DNA of 38,871 bases from Gammaproteobacteria bacterium (GTDB lineage: Bacteria > Pseudomonadota > Gammaproteobacteria > Porifericomitales > Porifericomitaceae): assembly GCA_028817255.1 (NCBI GenBank), contig JAPPQA010000026.1, forward strand, positions 1 through 38,871. Reading direction: 5' to 3'. Numbering within the stretch: position 1 is the first letter of the stretch; each line of letters begins with the position of its first letter. The notes below the pieces were generated by a model that was not told where the DNA came from, searched no databases, and worked only from the letters and a program-made list of their open reading frames with translations. Shown here piece after piece: positions 36,836-38,871 of this stretch. A program made the translations under genes and the position numbers.

Positions 36836-37993
36836 ATGCGATTCATGACTGCCCCGATGCTCGCTGTTGCGACATTAACCGCAACCTTTTCTCCGGCGCA
36901 GCATACGTGGGCGGAAGAACCGGACCCCCAACTCCGGGTATCCGGAGATTTGCGGTTCCGCGCGGAATGGGATTGGGATTCGCGGCGCGCGAACGGCGCC
37001 AAGCGGGATGACCGGGGGCGCGCCAGAATTCGTGCCCGGATCGCTGTTCGGATCGACCCCAACGATCAGTTCGAATTTTTGACGCGATTTCGCACGGGTT
37101 CTCGCGCCAGCCAGCAATCGCCTCATGTCACGGTGGCCGATTTCAGCGGCAACCCTACCGGCACGCAGGAAGTCGTAATTGACAAGTGGTATGTGAAGGC
37201 AAAAGGCAAGGTGGCGGAGGCCAGGGCCTGGCTTTGGGGGGGGCGCAACAGCCTGCCATTTTGGAAGCAAAACGAACTGTTGTGGGACGATGACGTTACC
37301 CCGGCCGGCGTGGCAGGGGGCGCCGAGTTCGATTTGAGAGCGGGAAAGTTGGCGGTTGCGGCGGGTTACCTGTTGTTGCCGGACGGCATAGATCATTTTC
37401 ACGGCAACGGGGTGCCGGTCCAGTTCGCCTATTCCGGGGGCCTCGAGGAGCTGCAATGGCATATGGCCGCTGGCGTTTTGCTTATAGACGGCGAGCCCGG
37501 CGCGCGTAATCTTCGCATGGGGAACGGCGCGCGAGACTACACGATCTGGAATGGTTCCCTGCAGGTCGTACGGAAGTTTCTAGGCGTTCCGGCTATTTTT
37601 GGCGCGGACGTATATAGCAACAGCGAAGGTTATTCCGCCGGGGAAATCGCGCGGGATTTTTCCGCGGCATCCGGAGTGGGCAAGGACGACACCGATGGCT
37701 TTGTGCTTTCGCTGCGGGTGAAGAACCTGGGCAACGAGGGGCAATGGCAGTTGGGATACTATTATGCGGATATCGAAGCCCTTGCGGTTCACGCATCCTA
37801 CGCGCAGGACGATTGGATGCGCTGGGGTTCGAGTTCGCAAACGGATGCCAGCGATTTCAAGGGGCATGAATTCCGGGTCGGCTGGTCGCCGATGAAAAAT
37901 TGGCAATTGCTGGCCCGGTTATACACCGTCGAGGCGCAAAACAGCCCGCAGGACGGAAACCGCTTCCGCTTCGATATCAACTGGAAATTTTGA
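36836..37993 (+). CDS. Outer-membrane beta-barrel protein (putative porin)
   Basis: Signal peptide (MRFMTAPMLAVATLTATFSPAQHTWA|EE). Alternating amphipathic beta-strand pattern throughout (LRFRAEWDWDS, RARIRARIAVRID, WQLGYYYADIE). C-terminal OMP signature RFRFDINWKF with terminal Phe. No CXXCH motifs. Confidence 0.75.
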   Translation: MRFMTAPMLAVATLTATFSPAQHTWAEEPDPQLRVSGDLRFRAEWDWDSRRANGAKRDDRGRARIRARIAVRIDPNDQFEFLTRFRTGSRASQQSPHVTVADFSGNPTGTQEVVIDKWYVKAKGKVAEARAWLWGGRNSLPFWKQNELLWDDDVTPAGVAGGAEFDLRAGKLAVAAGYLLLPDGIDHFHGNGVPVQFAYSGGLEELQWHMAAGVLLIDGEPGARNLRMGNGARDYTIWNGSLQVVRKFLGVPAIFGADVYSNSEGYSAGEIARDFSAASGVGKDDTDGFVLSLRVKNLGNEGQWQLGYYYADIEALAVHASYAQDDWMRWGSSSQTDASDFKGHEFRVGWSPMKNWQLLARLYTVEAQNSPQDGNRFRFDINWKF

Positions 37994-38370
37994 CCCGCGG
38001 CGTTCCCTCTGGCCGGCGTTTCCCCATGCCCGGGGGTCCGCCGTTGCCCTGCGCCTTCCCATTCCGATGAACCGGCCGGTGGCGGCGTATTCCTGCGCGG
38101 GGCGTGTTCCTGCGCGGACTGGGGCGGCCCCCGAACCGCCTGCGTGTAGGCCCGTGTAGGCTAATGAAGGGCTGCGTACAGGTCGTGCGCGGGACCGCGC
38201 ATATGAGACAAAATCGCCGCCTCTGCCAGGCGGGCGTGAATCGGCCTGCGTTTGGGGCGCATTTCCGAATTCGGCGTTTTTCTTCCTAAATGCTTGTATT
38301 GTCAGTGATTTCTCTCTTTTTTCGTCGTCCGCGCGCGATATTCGGGCTGGGCGGGCCTCCGCTTTTGCGG

Positions 38371-38399
38371 TTGACAATTCCCCCGGAGCCAGGAAAAAT
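38371..38399 (+). promoter_or_regulatory. Candidate promoter of the tRNA-tuf operon
   Basis: TTGACA (38371-38376), 17-nt spacer, AAAAAT (38394-38399), followed by a GC-rich discriminator-like stretch. tRNA-Tyr begins 18 nt downstream. Confidence 0.4.
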
Positions 38400-38416
38400 G
38401 CCATGTTCGCCCTTCT

Positions 38417-38501
38417 GGAGGGGTACCCAAGCGGCCAACGGGGGCAGACTGTAAATCTGCTGGCTTTGTCCTTCGTAGGTTCGAATCCTACCCCCTCCAC
38501 C
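38417..38501 (+). tRNA. tRNA-Tyr (anticodon GTA)
   Basis: Hand-folded cloverleaf. Acceptor GGAGGGG/CCCCTCC, anticodon arm GCAGA-CTGTAAA-TCTGC, long variable arm, T-arm GTAGG-TTCGAAT-CCTAC. Confidence 0.9.
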
Positions 38502-38554
38502 GTCGGAGAGGCGCGTATTTTTTAAGACTCGGACGAGTGTTCTTGCCGAGGCAT

Positions 38555-38625
38555 GCGGGTGTAGTTCAATGGCAGAACCTCAGCCTTCCAAGCTGAAGAT
38601 GTGGGTTCGATCCCCATCGCCCGCT
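38555..38625 (+). tRNA. tRNA-Gly (anticodon TCC)
   Basis: Acceptor GCGGGTG/CGCCCGC (one G-U pair), anticodon loop CTTCCAA, T-loop TTCGATC. 71 nt; CCA is not encoded. Confidence 0.9.
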
Positions 38626-38705
38626 CGAGGGGCCCGCTTGAGCAGCGGCCGCAACGGTTGGCGGAGCGCTGGAGAGCGGGATGTGGGACGAAGCAGGTAT
38701 AGCAT

Positions 38706-38781
<76 letters not shown>

Positions 38782-38823
38782 GAGACTAAGGGACAACGCA
38801 AAAGCACGGTTTAGGAGGGAAGG

Positions 38824-38871
38824 ATGTCGAAGGCGAAATTCGATCGCAACAAGGCGCATGTGAACGTGGGC
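38824..38871 (+). CDS. tuf: Elongation factor Tu, 5' fragment (runs off the window)
   Basis: AGGAGGGAAGG RBS then MSKAKFDRNKAHVNVG, the canonical EF-Tu N-terminus. The tRNA-Tyr/Gly/Thr-tuf arrangement matches E. coli tufB. Confidence 0.9.
   Translation, partial: MSKAKFDRNKAHVNVG

Noticed and set aside
38104-38289. 61-aa ORF in the barrel-tRNA spacer
   Set aside because: No RBS, an Arg-rich low-complexity product and no motifs. Most likely non-coding.
37919-38500. 193-aa minus-strand ORF starting MEGVGFEPTKD
   Set aside because: Its N-terminus is simply the reverse translation of tRNA-Tyr (the GFEPT motif is the T-arm). The rest is intergenic.
33600-38501. The cytochrome-porin module as a tRNA-targeted genomic island
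   Set aside because: No integrase, transposase or direct repeat of a tRNA 3' end was seen. The module abuts the 5' (promoter) side of tRNA-Tyr, not the 3' end used by integrases. By eye its GC is lower than the ccm genes but similar to secA and pilB, so composition is not diagnostic.

Overview
High-GC gammaproteobacterial-type chromosomal segment (taxon is inferred from gene content and synteny only), densely packed with mostly housekeeping genes. Order: purM; trmJ and suhB (divergent); a type IV pilin locus (pilA with a sigma54-type promoter, pilR, pilS, a small PP0621-like protein); sucCD; nadE; bamD and rluD (divergent); clpB; pilBCD-coaE; a ThiE-like gene; argJ-secA-M23 peptidase; a DciA/DUF721-like gene; lpxC; a System I cytochrome c maturation operon (ccmB-C-D-E-F-H-I, with no ccmA or ccmG in the window). 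Then comes a three-gene module, followed by tRNA-Tyr, tRNA-Gly, tRNA-Thr and the 5' end of tuf. I saw no rRNA genes, transposases, integrases or CRISPR arrays. The part most worth follow-up is that module at about 33.6-38.0 kb, divergent from the ccm operon. It encodes a roughly 770-residue (mature) cytochrome c with 12 CXXCH motifs, a translationally coupled small four-cysteine secreted protein, and a 385-aa outer-membrane beta-barrel ending in a terminal Phe. I could not assign it to any named porin-cytochrome or multiheme enzyme family by eye. It is preceded by an unusually long, structured leader with a perfect 10-bp palindrome and a 9-bp GC hairpin. Many long antisense or out-of-frame ORFs in the track are high-GC artefacts and are not called.
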